Notes: generated from the letters alone by a model not told the origin. Positions 41,239 through 50,748 are shown, counted from the first letter of the stretch. The stretch: 64,000 bases of DNA from an uncultured Geobacter sp. (GCA_964517595.1 CAZFCG010000002.1:23744-87743); one strand, 5' to 3'. A program made the numbers and translations.

Positions 41239-43413
41239 TTACCTGTTTTCCGTCAACGTGAATCCGCTGATTTCCTTTTTTAGTTCGTTAACCTGGCGGG
41301 AGAGCCCACCCACCGCCTTTTCCATGGTTCCGGCGGCGCCCAGGTGCTCGTGGGTCGATTTCTGGATATCCTCCACCGCGCTCACGATCTGGTCGCTACC
41401 CCTGGTCTGTTCATCGCAGGCGCGTTTAATCTGACCAATCATACTGGTGATATTCTCCGTGGATGTCGCTATCAGGGTCCCCACCTTGCTCTGTTCGCGG
41501 GTGGATGAGCGTACCTGCGAGGTGAGAACTTTCATCCTTTCCACCGCTGTCATGATAAGCTCGCTCCCCTTGCTTTGCTGCTGGGTAGCGTTGGCTATCT
41601 GCATTATCATGTCGGTAACCTGTTCCATGGCCTCCCGGATCATCTGGCTTCCCTTGGCCTGTTCCGCTGAAGCGCCGGCGATTTCTCCCACCTGCTGAGT
41701 CGCCTTTTCCACTCCGTAGACAATCTTGCCCAGGGCGACACCGGATTTCTGTGACAGGATCTCTCCGTCGGCAATGCTCTTTTCAGCCAGATCGATGGCG
41801 TTCACGGCGCGCCGTGTCTCTTCCTGGACGCCTTTTATAAGCTCTTCGATCTCCCGCGTGGAGCTGCTGGTGCGGTCGGCAAGCTCCTTGATCTCGTCGG
41901 CGACAACGGCGAATCCTTTACCCTGCTCACCCGCCTGGGCGGCGATGATGGCGGCATTCAGCGCCAGCAGATTTGTCTGCTCCGCCACGTCGTTGATTAC
42001 CGAGAGGATGGCTCCGATGTCATTGACCTTTTCAGAGAGTGTGACGATTACCTCGTGGGTGATGGAAGAGGATCGTTTTATCTCCTGCATCCCTGATATG
42101 GTGGCCTCTACGGAGGCCTTGCCGGACTCAGCGTCACGCCTGACCTCTTCTGATATGGCCGCCGTATCCAGAGCGTTCTTCTCCACCTGGCGGATGGAGC
42201 TGTCCATCTGGATTACTGAAGATGCGGTTACGGTGGATGAATCGATAAGGCCGTTCACGCTGTCGCTGATATGCTTGATGGCTGCGGCCATTTCGATGAT
42301 GGAGGAACTGACGTCTTCCACCGATTGCGCCAGGTTTTCCACATTGATGGCGACTTCCTCCACGCTGGCTGCCATCTCCAGCACCGACGAGGAGTTTTCC
42401 GATGCGGAAAGAGATAGACTGTCAATGCCGTGGGATACTTCCCTGGTGGAGGCATTGATCTCCATTACGGCCGATGAGGTTTCACTGACCCGCGTGTTGG
42501 TCTGTTCGGCGCCGCGGAAAACCTGCTTTGAGGCCTCGGCGAGTGTCCCGGAAATGCGGGAGAGTTCCCTGGAAGAGGTGTCCACCTTGGAGACCATCAT
42601 CTGCAGAAGGTCAACCAGTCCGTTCAGGGAGCCCGCCAGTTCACCGATCTCGTCTTTGCTCTCCACCGGGAGCCGGGCCGAGAGGTTGCCTTCTTCCACA
42701 ACTGAACGGGCAAAAGACGCTTCCTTCAGCACGGAACTGACCGCTGACTTTACCACGCTCCAGATGGTAGTTAGAATAAGGATAAAGGCGCCCGCCGCGA
42801 CCAGAAAACCCATCAAAAGGGTTTTTCGGGCATAGTCGAACGCCTTCGTTTCAGTGACTGTGATGTCAGAGCGGAGAGTCTCCGCCAGGGAATCCAGGCT
42901 TGAGGCGATCCTGGCGTAGTTTTCCGAGCGGACAGCGGAGGAGAGTTCCCTGACTCGCGACCTGTCTCCCCGCCGGGCCGCGGGCAGGATTTCATTAAGG
43001 GAGGCGGAAGAAAGCTCTTGCCATGACTTTCTGATCCCGGCCAGGTCTTTTCCGGCCTTCGAGGTGTCCAGGTTGCTTTCCAGGGATGAGAAGCCGGAAG
43101 ATATGTCGGCGGCGAGTTTGTCGATTGCGGAGATTCGTCCCTGCATCCTTTCCGCTTCCGTTTCCTCCTCCAGTCGTAGTTCTTCCGTGTAAAGGCGGTA
43201 CATATCGGCTTTCAGACGGATGCCGGTCCTCAGTTTTTCCTGGAGAAGAGCGACCTTCGTGTAAAGCGGGCTCCCCATCCTGACGCGATTGATTGTCTGA
43301 ATGCCCGTAAGGGTTATAATCAGAAAGCAGGCAAGGAGCACGGCCATAAGCAGGAGCAACTTTGTCCGCAAACGCATGGTTCCGAAGAAACTGTCAAGAA
43401 AGGCAAAACCCAT
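41239..43413 (-). CDS. methyl-accepting chemotaxis protein with very long signalling domain
   Basis: TM, about 190-aa sensor, TM, HAMP, then about 450 aa of heptad-rich coiled coil with hairpin tip [38 protein letters not shown]. Start taken at M20 (GGGGAG RBS). Confidence 0.93.
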   Translation of the reverse strand: MGFAFLDSFFGTMRLRTKLLLLMAVLLACFLIITLTGIQTINRVRMGSPLYTKVALLQEKLRTGIRLKADMYRLYTEELRLEEETEAERMQGRISAIDKLAADISSGFSSLESNLDTSKAGKDLAGIRKSWQELSSASLNEILPAARRGDRSRVRELSSAVRSENYARIASSLDSLAETLRSDITVTETKAFDYARKTLLMGFLVAAGAFILILTTIWSVVKSAVSSVLKEASFARSVVEEGNLSARLPVESKDEIGELAGSLNGLVDLLQMMVSKVDTSSRELSRISGTLAEASKQVFRGAEQTNTRVSETSSAVMEINASTREVSHGIDSLSLSASENSSSVLEMAASVEEVAINVENLAQSVEDVSSSIIEMAAAIKHISDSVNGLIDSSTVTASSVIQMDSSIRQVEKNALDTAAISEEVRRDAESGKASVEATISGMQEIKRSSSITHEVIVTLSEKVNDIGAILSVINDVAEQTNLLALNAAIIAAQAGEQGKGFAVVADEIKELADRTSSSTREIEELIKGVQEETRRAVNAIDLAEKSIADGEILSQKSGVALGKIVYGVEKATQQVGEIAGASAEQAKGSQMIREAMEQVTDMIMQIANATQQQSKGSELIMTAVERMKVLTSQVRSSTREQSKVGTLIATSTENITSMIGQIKRACDEQTRGSDQIVSAVEDIQKSTHEHLGAAGTMEKAVGGLSRQVNELKKEISGFTLTENR

Positions 43414-43736
43414 CACATCTCCCCTGTCTTCCGGATAATTCGCGGAACAGAAAGAAAACGGTTCCGTCAACCCCCTGCATATGTCTCAATCCCTGGCGGA
43501 ATATCCTGCTGAATAGGGTTAAAAGTCATTGAAACTTGTGCACTTGTAGCATCAGAAGGCTTTTTTTTCAAGGTAAAAAAAGATTCCCGGCGCCTGATTT
43601 CACTGAAACAGCGGGCGTTCAACGATGCCCTGAACTCCCGATGGCCGGTACTTACCGGTGATAATTCCCATGGGGTTGGCTATCCGTCAGGCAGGTGGCA
43701 ATCAGTCCATTGTCCTCGCTGAATTTCTGATTATCC

Positions 43737-43766
43737 TTGACAGGAACAAGCACGGATATGATAAAT
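43737..43766 (+). promoter_or_regulatory. candidate sigma-70 promoter upstream of or overlapping the resB start
   Basis: TTGACA, 18 nt (ending in TG), ATAAAT. The -10 overlaps ATG 43765. Confidence 0.4.
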
Positions 43767-45216
43767 GACGGAATTTTTCGCAGGATTCGGAAAGGTCCGT
43801 AAAGGCTGGCCGAACCTGCCTGGACAGCGGGGATCGCCATTGAAAAGCTGTAAGAATAACAAAGTCACGTTACTGTTCAGGTTCTTCCAATCTCTGACGC
43901 TTACGGTCTTTCTCATGATTGCCCTTGCGACGGCGTCGATTTTTGGAACACTGATACCCCAGAACGCCGCTCCTGAGGCATACTTGGAAAGATACGGCGA
44001 AGCATTGGGGCATTTCATCGTCACGTCCGGGTTGTTTGACATGTATCATTCCTGGTGGTTCTATCTCCTGATTGCCCTCCTTGCGCTCAATATCATCGCC
44101 TGCTCCATCCGGGGGCTCCGCCGTGACTGGAGGTCCGTAACGGCCCCGGTGACCATCCTGGATGAGGTTCCCCGGGAATCCCTCGCATGCGTTCTAAAGT
44201 GGCCCAACACAACAGGGCCGGAAATCGCGGAGGATGCGGCGGTTGCCCTGCTGGGCGGGGAATTCGCCGTTCCCATGAGGACCGCCGTAAATGGAGATAT
44301 ACACCTCTTCGCCCGAAAACATCCGACGGGACGCCTTGGTGTCCATGTTGTGCACATGAGCATCATCATTATTCTCTTGGGGGTGGCCATCGGCGCCCTG
44401 TCCGGATTCAGCAAGGCGATTGTGGAGATTGAGGAAAAGGGTTCCGCTGACACTGCTTGCAACCGCGCCGGAGAGCCTGTCCCATTGGGTTTTACGGTCC
44501 TTTGCGAGGGGTTTGCCGTTTCCTATTACGAAAACGGGACTCCGAAAGAATACAAAAGCCTCCTGACTATCGTAGACGATGGGAAAAAGGTCGTGGAGAA
44601 AAGGCCGGTGGTTGTGAATGACCCGCTTACGTACCGTGGAATGACCTTCTATCAGTCCGGTTACGAGGCGGTTTCCTTCCTTTTTTCGGTAAGGGACAGA
44701 CAGACCGGGGTATCGCGCCCGCTGACGGTACGCGCCGGAGAGAAGACCCCGCTGCCCGGCGGTGGCCAGGTGGTGGTGATGGATTCCATCGACGAGATAA
44801 GAAATCATTCTCCCCGGTATTCAGGTCCGGCGGTTCACCTGGCGGTCCTCCCTCCTGATGGCGCCCCGGATTCCTTTGTTCTCATGAAAAACCACCCGGA
44901 TGTGAACGCGGACAGGGGCGGCAGGTTTCAGTTCTCCTACGGAGGGGTCTCCTCATGGAAGACCGTGCTCCAGGTCACAAGGGACCCGGGCGTGCCTTTT
45001 GTCTGGGCCGGATGCCTGCTCCTTATGGCGGGTTTCGTCATGACTTTTTTATTCTCTTATCGCTGCATCTGGATAAAGGTCGGAAGTGGCGAAGTAGTCA
45101 TGGCAGGCAGCTGTACCGGGAACCGGGAGGCGTTCCGCGTGTTTTTCACGGGACTGGCGGAAAGGCTGAAAGCCGCTTCCATAAACCAGGGTGATGCCCC
45201 GAAAACAGATCAATAG
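43765..45216 (+). CDS. resB: cytochrome c biogenesis protein ResB/Ccs1 (system II)
   Basis: N-terminal TM (LTLTVFLMIALATASIFGTLIPQ), a large periplasmic domain and a C-terminal TM. Followed by ccsA. The real start may be TTG 43840 (GGGGA RBS) if the overlapping promoter is used. Confidence 0.88.
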   Translation: MTEFFAGFGKVRKGWPNLPGQRGSPLKSCKNNKVTLLFRFFQSLTLTVFLMIALATASIFGTLIPQNAAPEAYLERYGEALGHFIVTSGLFDMYHSWWFYLLIALLALNIIACSIRGLRRDWRSVTAPVTILDEVPRESLACVLKWPNTTGPEIAEDAAVALLGGEFAVPMRTAVNGDIHLFARKHPTGRLGVHVVHMSIIIILLGVAIGALSGFSKAIVEIEEKGSADTACNRAGEPVPLGFTVLCEGFAVSYYENGTPKEYKSLLTIVDDGKKVVEKRPVVVNDPLTYRGMTFYQSGYEAVSFLFSVRDRQTGVSRPLTVRAGEKTPLPGGGQVVVMDSIDEIRNHSPRYSGPAVHLAVLPPDGAPDSFVLMKNHPDVNADRGGRFQFSYGGVSSWKTVLQVTRDPGVPFVWAGCLLLMAGFVMTFLFSYRCIWIKVGSGEVVMAGSCTGNREAFRVFFTGLAERLKAASINQGDAPKTDQ

Positions 45217-45238
45217 TGGATTCGCGGAGGTATAACTG

Positions 45239-46168
45239 ATGCCCGTAACGCAGTCCGGCATGTTGTCGGTCACATTTTTCACCATAACCACCCTGTGCTA
45301 TTTCATATCCATGGTGTCGTATCTGGTACACCTCGTTACGGGAAAACGCGCTGCCGGTGTCTTCGCCGGAGGGGTGTCATTGCTGGGATTCATTCTCCAC
45401 ACCTCGGCCATTGGTCTGCGCTGGAAGGCCTCCTACGAGATGGGGTACGGTCATGTCCCTCTGTCCAATCTTTATGAGTCAGTGGTCTTCTTCGCCTGGA
45501 CGGTACTGTTCCTTTACGCCCTTTTCGAACTCAGATCCAGGTACAGGGCCGTGGGCGCGTTCGTTCTGCCGGTGGTCTTCCTGGCCATGGCCTTTGCCCA
45601 GTATGGCGCTCCCCTGGTGCGCTATGCCGGAGCTCTCGTGGGGAGCGAGTCCCTGGGTCGCTTTTCCATTCCCAGCGGAATCCAGGCCCTGGTTCCCGCG
45701 TTGCAGAGTGACTGGCTCCTTTACCATGTGGTGACCTGTTTTCTGGGATACGCCGGTTTTGCCGTGGGCGCCGCCGTGTCGGTGATGTATCTGCTTAAAC
45801 TTAGGTATGAAAGAAAGGGAGCATCCGGGACAGTGGGGAAGGCCATGTCCATATTTCCCCCCGTCGCCACGCTGGACCAGATCAACTATCAGGCTGTTCT
45901 GATAGGGTTTCCTCTTCTAACGCTGGGGATTATTACAGGTTCGGTATGGGCCAACTATGCCTGGGGGTCCTATTGGAGCTGGGACCCTAAAGAGACCTGG
46001 TCCCTTATTGTCTGGTTAATTTACGCCGCGTTCCTGCATGCCCGCATCACCAGGGGGTGGTGGGGAAAGAGGACGGCGATTCTCTCCATCATAGGCTTCA
46101 TAGCCACTGTTTTCTGCTATCTGGGGGTTAACCTTTTGCTGCCCGGCCTGCACAGCTATGGAGGGTAG
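45239..46168 (+). CDS. ccsA: cytochrome c biogenesis protein CcsA/ResC (system II haem handling)
   Basis: Multi-TM protein with Trp-rich motif WANYAWGSYWSWDPKETWSLIVWLIYAAFLH. Confidence 0.92.
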   Translation: MPVTQSGMLSVTFFTITTLCYFISMVSYLVHLVTGKRAAGVFAGGVSLLGFILHTSAIGLRWKASYEMGYGHVPLSNLYESVVFFAWTVLFLYALFELRSRYRAVGAFVLPVVFLAMAFAQYGAPLVRYAGALVGSESLGRFSIPSGIQALVPALQSDWLLYHVVTCFLGYAGFAVGAAVSVMYLLKLRYERKGASGTVGKAMSIFPPVATLDQINYQAVLIGFPLLTLGIITGSVWANYAWGSYWSWDPKETWSLIVWLIYAAFLHARITRGWWGKRTAILSIIGFIATVFCYLGVNLLLPGLHSYGG

Positions 46169-46222
46169 CGCGAAGACGCCCGCCGAGATGTCATACATCT
46201 GATACCAGCCATCCGCAACGAG

Positions 46223-46256
46223 AAAAAAAGAGGGGGCGAAACGCCCCCTTAATCTT
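46223..46256. terminator. bidirectional intrinsic terminator between convergent genes
   Basis: agggggcg-aaa-cgccccct, flanked by an A-run upstream (U-run for the minus-strand gene) and ttaatctt downstream. Confidence 0.75.
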
Positions 46257-46286
46257 GCCTTGCAGTCGTGTTTTCAGCCGCCTCCT

Positions 46287-48440
46287 TTATCTGCTTCCCT
46301 CTCGTCCCTGTCCATGAGACTGTTTTTGCGGATTATCCATGCCCCCTCTTTGCTGGCGGGACTCGGCCGGTCTGGGTGGCGCCTGGTCCCGTGTTTTCGT
46401 CTGCTGCTGGACGGCGGGCCTCTGGCCGTGTCCCTGTCCCGTGTCGGGCCGGCCTCCGGAGGGCTGAATGCGATCCATGCGCCTTCCCTGTTGCTGGTTG
46501 CCTGTTGCCGGTGTCTCATGCCGTCGGGGTTGAGTGACTTGTCCAGTCGGTTTCTGTTCCCTGGTCGCGGTTGCTGCCGGTATCCGTGGCTGTTCGGTGG
46601 TGGGGCGCGGAACTGACTGTCGGGCAGCTGGGACCTGAATCCGCTGCCGTGCGCTTTCTCCCGGTTGAATTGTCCGCGCAGGGGCCTCCATCCTGCGGCC
46701 GCCGGGCTGCCCGGGAGATGGCGCAGCCGGTATTGCCGGCCGCCTCTGCTGGAGAACCGGCGCCGGCGTCCCATGCCTTATGGGCTGCTGGTAGGCAGGC
46801 TGTGCCGGGGTCTGCTGTATCCGGGGGCGTTGCGTTCTTCCATCGGGTTGCCCGCTAATGGAGGGCCGGAAGGGGGGCGTCGGCGCAGTTGCCGGGGGCT
46901 TTCTATCGCCGCTGGGTGTGCGTCCTGTCTCCGCGGGCCGTATAAAGGTCCTTTCGCTTCCAATCCGTTCCTTCCTTGTTTGGTCTCTTTCCATCCGTCC
47001 CGGCCGCGTTCCGGTAAATGGGTCCGGTTTTGGCGCCTGCTGTTGTCGTCCGGTTGCCTCCACCCGTCTTGCGGGCATCTGACGGATTGGTGCGCCGGGC
47101 CGGAATGCGGACCCCCTTTCATCGGTAACAAGTCTCCTTTCCTGGCGCAATTTGTCCGGCCTGACCCGTTGGACCTGGGGCGGCGGCAGTTTGGCGGCCG
47201 GGATGTTCCTGATTACCGGAGATACGGTAGTTCTTTCCGGTCTTGCCACGGGGGGCGGACCGAATCCCACATTCCGCTGCCTGAACGGGTTTTCCCGCGG
47301 CCGGAAATCGGTCCTTCTGCCTTGGAAGAAGGTGTCCCTGTGCATGACCGAAACGGCGTTGCGGGCATTTATGTTTCTGAAGCGCAGGTGTGCATCGGTG
47401 AGGCTGATGTTGATGGTGTTTATGTTCACGCTGCCGGGGCCGTAGTTGCCATGACCGTAGTAGGTGTCTCCCGGCGCCAGCGGCACCCATGAGACATAGG
47501 TGGGTGTATGCACCCATCCAACGTAGCCCGGCGCCCAGCGGGCGGTTCCTTGGCGTGGCGGGACCCAGCACCAGCCTGTCCCGGCCTGAAAGGCCCATCT
47601 GCCGTAATGGTGAGGCGCCCACCCCCAAGGTTCATAGGATATCCAGATATAGTTGCCGCCCATCATGGCCCACCTGCCGTTGCGGTATGGCGCCCAGTCA
47701 GCGGATGGGGAGACGTTTGGTGTCCAGACGTACCCGTGTTCGGAGGTGTGGAGCCATCTGCCGTTAGCGTCCAGGTCCGGCGCGTAATCGCTCAGTTCTT
47801 CGGGGAGATAGCGCAGGCTGTCGCCGCCAGAGGCAAGCATCCGATCCCTTTCACGGTTCCAGTTTTCCCATTCGCCACCCGCGGTCATGGGATGGAATTC
47901 CGCGGAAAGGTTTTCTCTTATGATGAGGGTGCTGCCCTGAGGGACCTTGACTTTGCCGTTCACCGTTTCCGCGTATGCATTTCCCATCAGCACGGATACA
48001 GCGGTTTCTCCGCCTTGCGCGACATCGATCATGACCGCGGAAGCATCATGGCAACCCACGGAACTGATGGGGGTGTCGATCTGGATTACATTGACTCCTT
48101 GCCCCCGGTTATGAATGAAGGCATGCCCTTCGTTCAGGAAAAACTGGCCCGATTGTTCACCCAGGGCCAGGGCGTCGAGGGAGGTGAAGGAGTCAAGGCG
48201 GATGAAGGCGCCTCCGAGAATCTGGATTTCGGCGCGTCCGCCTTCGGGAACCCACATCCTGTCGCCTTCCCGCACCGGGGTATTGATTGAAGCGGGAATC
48301 CACTCCTGAAGGTCCGCCGTCTGCATCTGCACGTCACCCGCAAGGTAGCCGAGCCTGGACCTTCCGAAATCAGCGCAAAAGGCAAGGGAGGGAATAAGGG
48401 TTAAGACCAGAGCCAGGACCGGTATTTTCCAGTTCTTCAT
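46287..48440 (-). CDS. secreted FecR-like / DUF6600-like Trp-rich repeat protein with long Pro/Arg/Gln-rich tail
   Basis: Signal peptide MKNWKIPVLALVLTLIPSLAFC and an FecR-like beta domain. W-rich repeats (GRWLHTSEHGYVWTP, YRNGRWAMMGGNYIWISYEPWGWAPHHYGRWAF..GWCWVP), then about 330 aa of low-complexity tail. Confidence 0.7.
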   Translation of the reverse strand: MKNWKIPVLALVLTLIPSLAFCADFGRSRLGYLAGDVQMQTADLQEWIPASINTPVREGDRMWVPEGGRAEIQILGGAFIRLDSFTSLDALALGEQSGQFFLNEGHAFIHNRGQGVNVIQIDTPISSVGCHDASAVMIDVAQGGETAVSVLMGNAYAETVNGKVKVPQGSTLIIRENLSAEFHPMTAGGEWENWNRERDRMLASGGDSLRYLPEELSDYAPDLDANGRWLHTSEHGYVWTPNVSPSADWAPYRNGRWAMMGGNYIWISYEPWGWAPHHYGRWAFQAGTGWCWVPPRQGTARWAPGYVGWVHTPTYVSWVPLAPGDTYYGHGNYGPGSVNINTINISLTDAHLRFRNINARNAVSVMHRDTFFQGRRTDFRPRENPFRQRNVGFGPPPVARPERTTVSPVIRNIPAAKLPPPQVQRVRPDKLRQERRLVTDERGSAFRPGAPIRQMPARRVEATGRQQQAPKPDPFTGTRPGRMERDQTRKERIGSERTFIRPAETGRTPSGDRKPPATAPTPPFRPSISGQPDGRTQRPRIQQTPAQPAYQQPIRHGTPAPVLQQRRPAIPAAPSPGQPGGRRMEAPARTIQPGESARQRIQVPAARQSVPRPTTEQPRIPAATATREQKPTGQVTQPRRHETPATGNQQQGRRMDRIQPSGGRPDTGQGHGQRPAVQQQTKTRDQAPPRPAESRQQRGGMDNPQKQSHGQGREGSR

Positions 48441-48554
48441 AGGAGTTCTCCTCTCAAGGTTTCTTTTGATGTTTGTTCTTCATCCCCTGACCCAGTTTTT
48501 GATAAGGATTCCAAACGCCGGTTCATTATGAATCTTTTCCGGGGTTTTGAAATT

Positions 48555-48725
48555 GTACCTAGAAACTGCATTTGCTCACGCGAAGACGCAAAGACGCAAA
48601 GAAATTCAAATAGATGCGGAACAAGCTGGTATCACCGGTCAGGTGAACGGCCTCATTTGACAAGTTCTTGATTTTCCTTCGCGTTCTTTGCGGCTTTGCG
48701 TGAGACTGCCATTTTCAGGTTGTAC
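48555..48725. repeat. 171-bp imperfect palindromic (REP/MITE-like) element built from CGCAAAG-type units
   Basis: The left arm core ctcacgcgaagacgcaaagacgcaaagaaattcaa is complementary to the right arm ttgattttccttcgcgttctttgcggctttgcgtgag: 31 of about 35-37 positions, with 2 single-nt indels. The centre is 58 nt. Confidence 0.6.
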
Positions 48726-48900
48726 TATGGCTTCTAGAACGTTCAACAGTCATGTACGTTGACGGTATTTCCGTGACAATCATCCCTTGGACGAAAATTC
48801 GCCTTTTCCGCCATATGCGTAATGGGAGCCGCCTGACTTCCGGTCATGGGCGGATATACCTTTCGTCATCCAGTCTATCCCTTGCCGGTCTTCATTGTTG

Positions 48901-49021
48901 ACGCTCTCGCAAATTGTCATTCCCGAGTCGATTCTGATCGGGAATCCAGACTGTAACCTATCGGAATCATGGATGCCAGATACAGTCATTCGGGCATGAC
49001 AAATAGAATTTTCGAGATCAT
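48901..49021 (+). mobile_element. 121-bp MITE-like element, copy A
   Basis: 109/121 identical, without gaps, to the reverse complement of 53432-53552. Terminal inverted repeats (acgctctcgcaaatt..gtcattcccgag versus atgatctcgaaaatt..gtcatgcccgaa). Flanked by a perfect 8-bp direct repeat CATTGTTG (48893-48900 and 49022-49029). Confidence 0.7.
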
Positions 49022-49044
49022 CATTGTTGGTTGAAGCGTTCTTT

Positions 49045-49074
49045 TTGACAGGGGCATTCTCTCTGTAATACTAT
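49045..49074 (+). promoter_or_regulatory. candidate sigma-70 promoter of the ALDH gene
   Basis: TTGACA, 18 nt, TACTAT, located 55 nt upstream of ATG 49129. Confidence 0.45.
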
Positions 49075-49128
49075 GTGCGCCTTGCATCATAACCGCTAAT
49101 CTTTCCCGAACCCTCCAGGAGAAAAACC

Positions 49129-50748
49129 ATGAGAGACACGATAGAGTCATTGTTCCCCAATGAGGAGGAGATTCCGGAGCAGTATCGCATCGACTCTCCC
49201 ATCCGTCAGGATTATTACCTGGTGGATGGCGAGCTGCGGCCCTGGAACGGTCCGCTCATGGAAGTTCTGTCTCCCGTTTGGGTCAGGGAGGGGGCGTCTC
49301 TTGCCAGGAAGATGGTGGGCGAGTTCCCCGGATTGACGGAGGCTGCGGCCCTGGAGGCATTGGCGGTGGCGGTGCGCGCCTATGACAACGGCAGGGGAGA
49401 GTGGCCCACCATGTCGGTGGGGGAGCGCATCAGGCGTGTCCAGCGCTTCACTTCCGCGCTTCTGGAAAAGAGGGCGCCCATCATCAGGCTCCTCATGTGG
49501 GAGATCGGCAAGTCACTCCGGGAGGCGGAGCGGGAATTTGATCGGGCCGTGGCGTATATCCGGGAGACCATCGAGGCCTTGAAGGAACTGGACCGGGTAT
49601 CTTCCCGCTTCGTAATTCAACAGGGAATCATCGGCCAGATCCGCCGGGCGCCGCTGGGGGTGGTGCTGTGCATGGGACCCTACAACTTTCCTCTCTATGA
49701 AACCTTCACGACCCTGATCCCGGCCCTCATCATGGGGAACACCCTGCTGCTGAAACCCCCCCGTTTCGGAGTCCTCCTGTTCCAGCCTCTGCTGGAGGCG
49801 TTTCGCGACTCCTTTCCCCCAGGGGTGGTGAACACTGTCTACGGCGATGGGGAGACGGTTGTTTCTCCGTTGCTGGCGTCGGGCCGGGTGGACGTGCTGG
49901 CGTTCATCGGCACGAACCGGGTCGCGGGACTTCTGCGCAAGACCCATCCCCGGCCGCACCGTCTCCGTTGCGTGCTCGGCCTCGACGCCAAGAATCCCGC
50001 CATAATCCTGCCGGATGCGGATATCGACCTGGCGGCGGCGGAGTGCGTCCGGGGGAGCCTCACATACAACGGACAACGCTGCACCGCCCTTAAGATACTC
50101 TTCGTTCATCGCAGCATCGCCGAACAATTTCTCGAGAAGGTGGAGGAGGAGATATCGGCGCTGCGGTGCGGCATGCCTTGGGAGGATGGTGTTACTGTCA
50201 CACCTCTGCCGGAACCGGAGAAGCCGGCCTATCTCTTCTCTCTGGTAAGTGATGCCCGCCGGCTCGGGGCGCGGGTCATAAACGAGGGGGGCGGAACCTC
50301 GGTGGGGTCCTTCTTCTATCCGGCGTTGCTCTATCCGGTGACTCCGGAAATGCGGATCTACGCCGAGGAACAGTTCGGCCCGCTGATCCCGGTGGCGCCC
50401 TACGATGACATCCGGGAACCTATCGAATATGTGGTCAATTCCAATTACGGTCAGCAGGCGAGCATCTTCGGCCGGGATACGGAGCAGCTTGCCCGGCTGG
50501 TGGACTCCCTGGTAAACCAGGTATGCCGCATAAACATCAACAGCCAGTGCCAGCGAAGCCCCGACACCTTTCCCTTCAATGGGAGAAAGGACTCGGCCGA
50601 AGGGACGCAATCCGTGTCGGACGCCCTCAGGATCTTTTCCATCAGGATCGTAGTTTCGGCCCGCGAGACCGAGGAAAACCGCGACATCATCACAACCATC
50701 GTGCGGGAGAGAAAGTCCCACTTCCTCTCCACGGACTTCATCCTGTAA
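49129..50748 (+). CDS. GapN-like NADP-dependent aldehyde dehydrogenase family protein
   Basis: ALDH motifs PYNFPL, FIGTNRVAG, NGQRCTALK (catalytic Cys), EEQFGPL, and GapN-like FPFNGRKDSAEG. The general-base Glu position appears to be Gly (see findings). Confidence 0.88.
   Translation: MRDTIESLFPNEEEIPEQYRIDSPIRQDYYLVDGELRPWNGPLMEVLSPVWVREGASLARKMVGEFPGLTEAAALEALAVAVRAYDNGRGEWPTMSVGERIRRVQRFTSALLEKRAPIIRLLMWEIGKSLREAEREFDRAVAYIRETIEALKELDRVSSRFVIQQGIIGQIRRAPLGVVLCMGPYNFPLYETFTTLIPALIMGNTLLLKPPRFGVLLFQPLLEAFRDSFPPGVVNTVYGDGETVVSPLLASGRVDVLAFIGTNRVAGLLRKTHPRPHRLRCVLGLDAKNPAIILPDADIDLAAAECVRGSLTYNGQRCTALKILFVHRSIAEQFLEKVEEEISALRCGMPWEDGVTVTPLPEPEKPAYLFSLVSDARRLGARVINEGGGTSVGSFFYPALLYPVTPEMRIYAEEQFGPLIPVAPYDDIREPIEYVVNSNYGQQASIFGRDTEQLARLVDSLVNQVCRININSQCQRSPDTFPFNGRKDSAEGTQSVSDALRIFSIRIVVSARETEENRDIITTIVRERKSHFLSTDFIL

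Noticed and set aside
41726-42835. 369-aa plus-strand ORF inside the MCP gene
   Set aside because: The Ser/Ala-rich peptide is the characteristic antisense reading of an MCP coiled-coil region, and the MCP itself is clearly real.
43494-43510. Sigma-54-like TGGCGG-N-CTGC in the MCP/resB divergent region
   Set aside because: The GG-to-GC spacing is off by one nucleotide and the -12 element lacks TTGC.
46260-47492. Multiple overlapping ORFs on both strands (89-275 aa) in the 3-prime part of the FecR-like gene
   Set aside because: The low-complexity GC-rich DNA encoding the P/R/Q tail is open in several frames. Only the frame continuous with the signal peptide and the FecR and W-repeat domains is credible.
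48780-48989. 69-aa ORF, together with the N-terminal part of ORF 53365-53847, sharing the peptide SGIHDS[D/N]RLQS..GSGMTICES
   Set aside because: The shared peptide is just the translation of the two MITE-like copies. There is no RBS, and the similarity is at the DNA level and includes non-coding ends.
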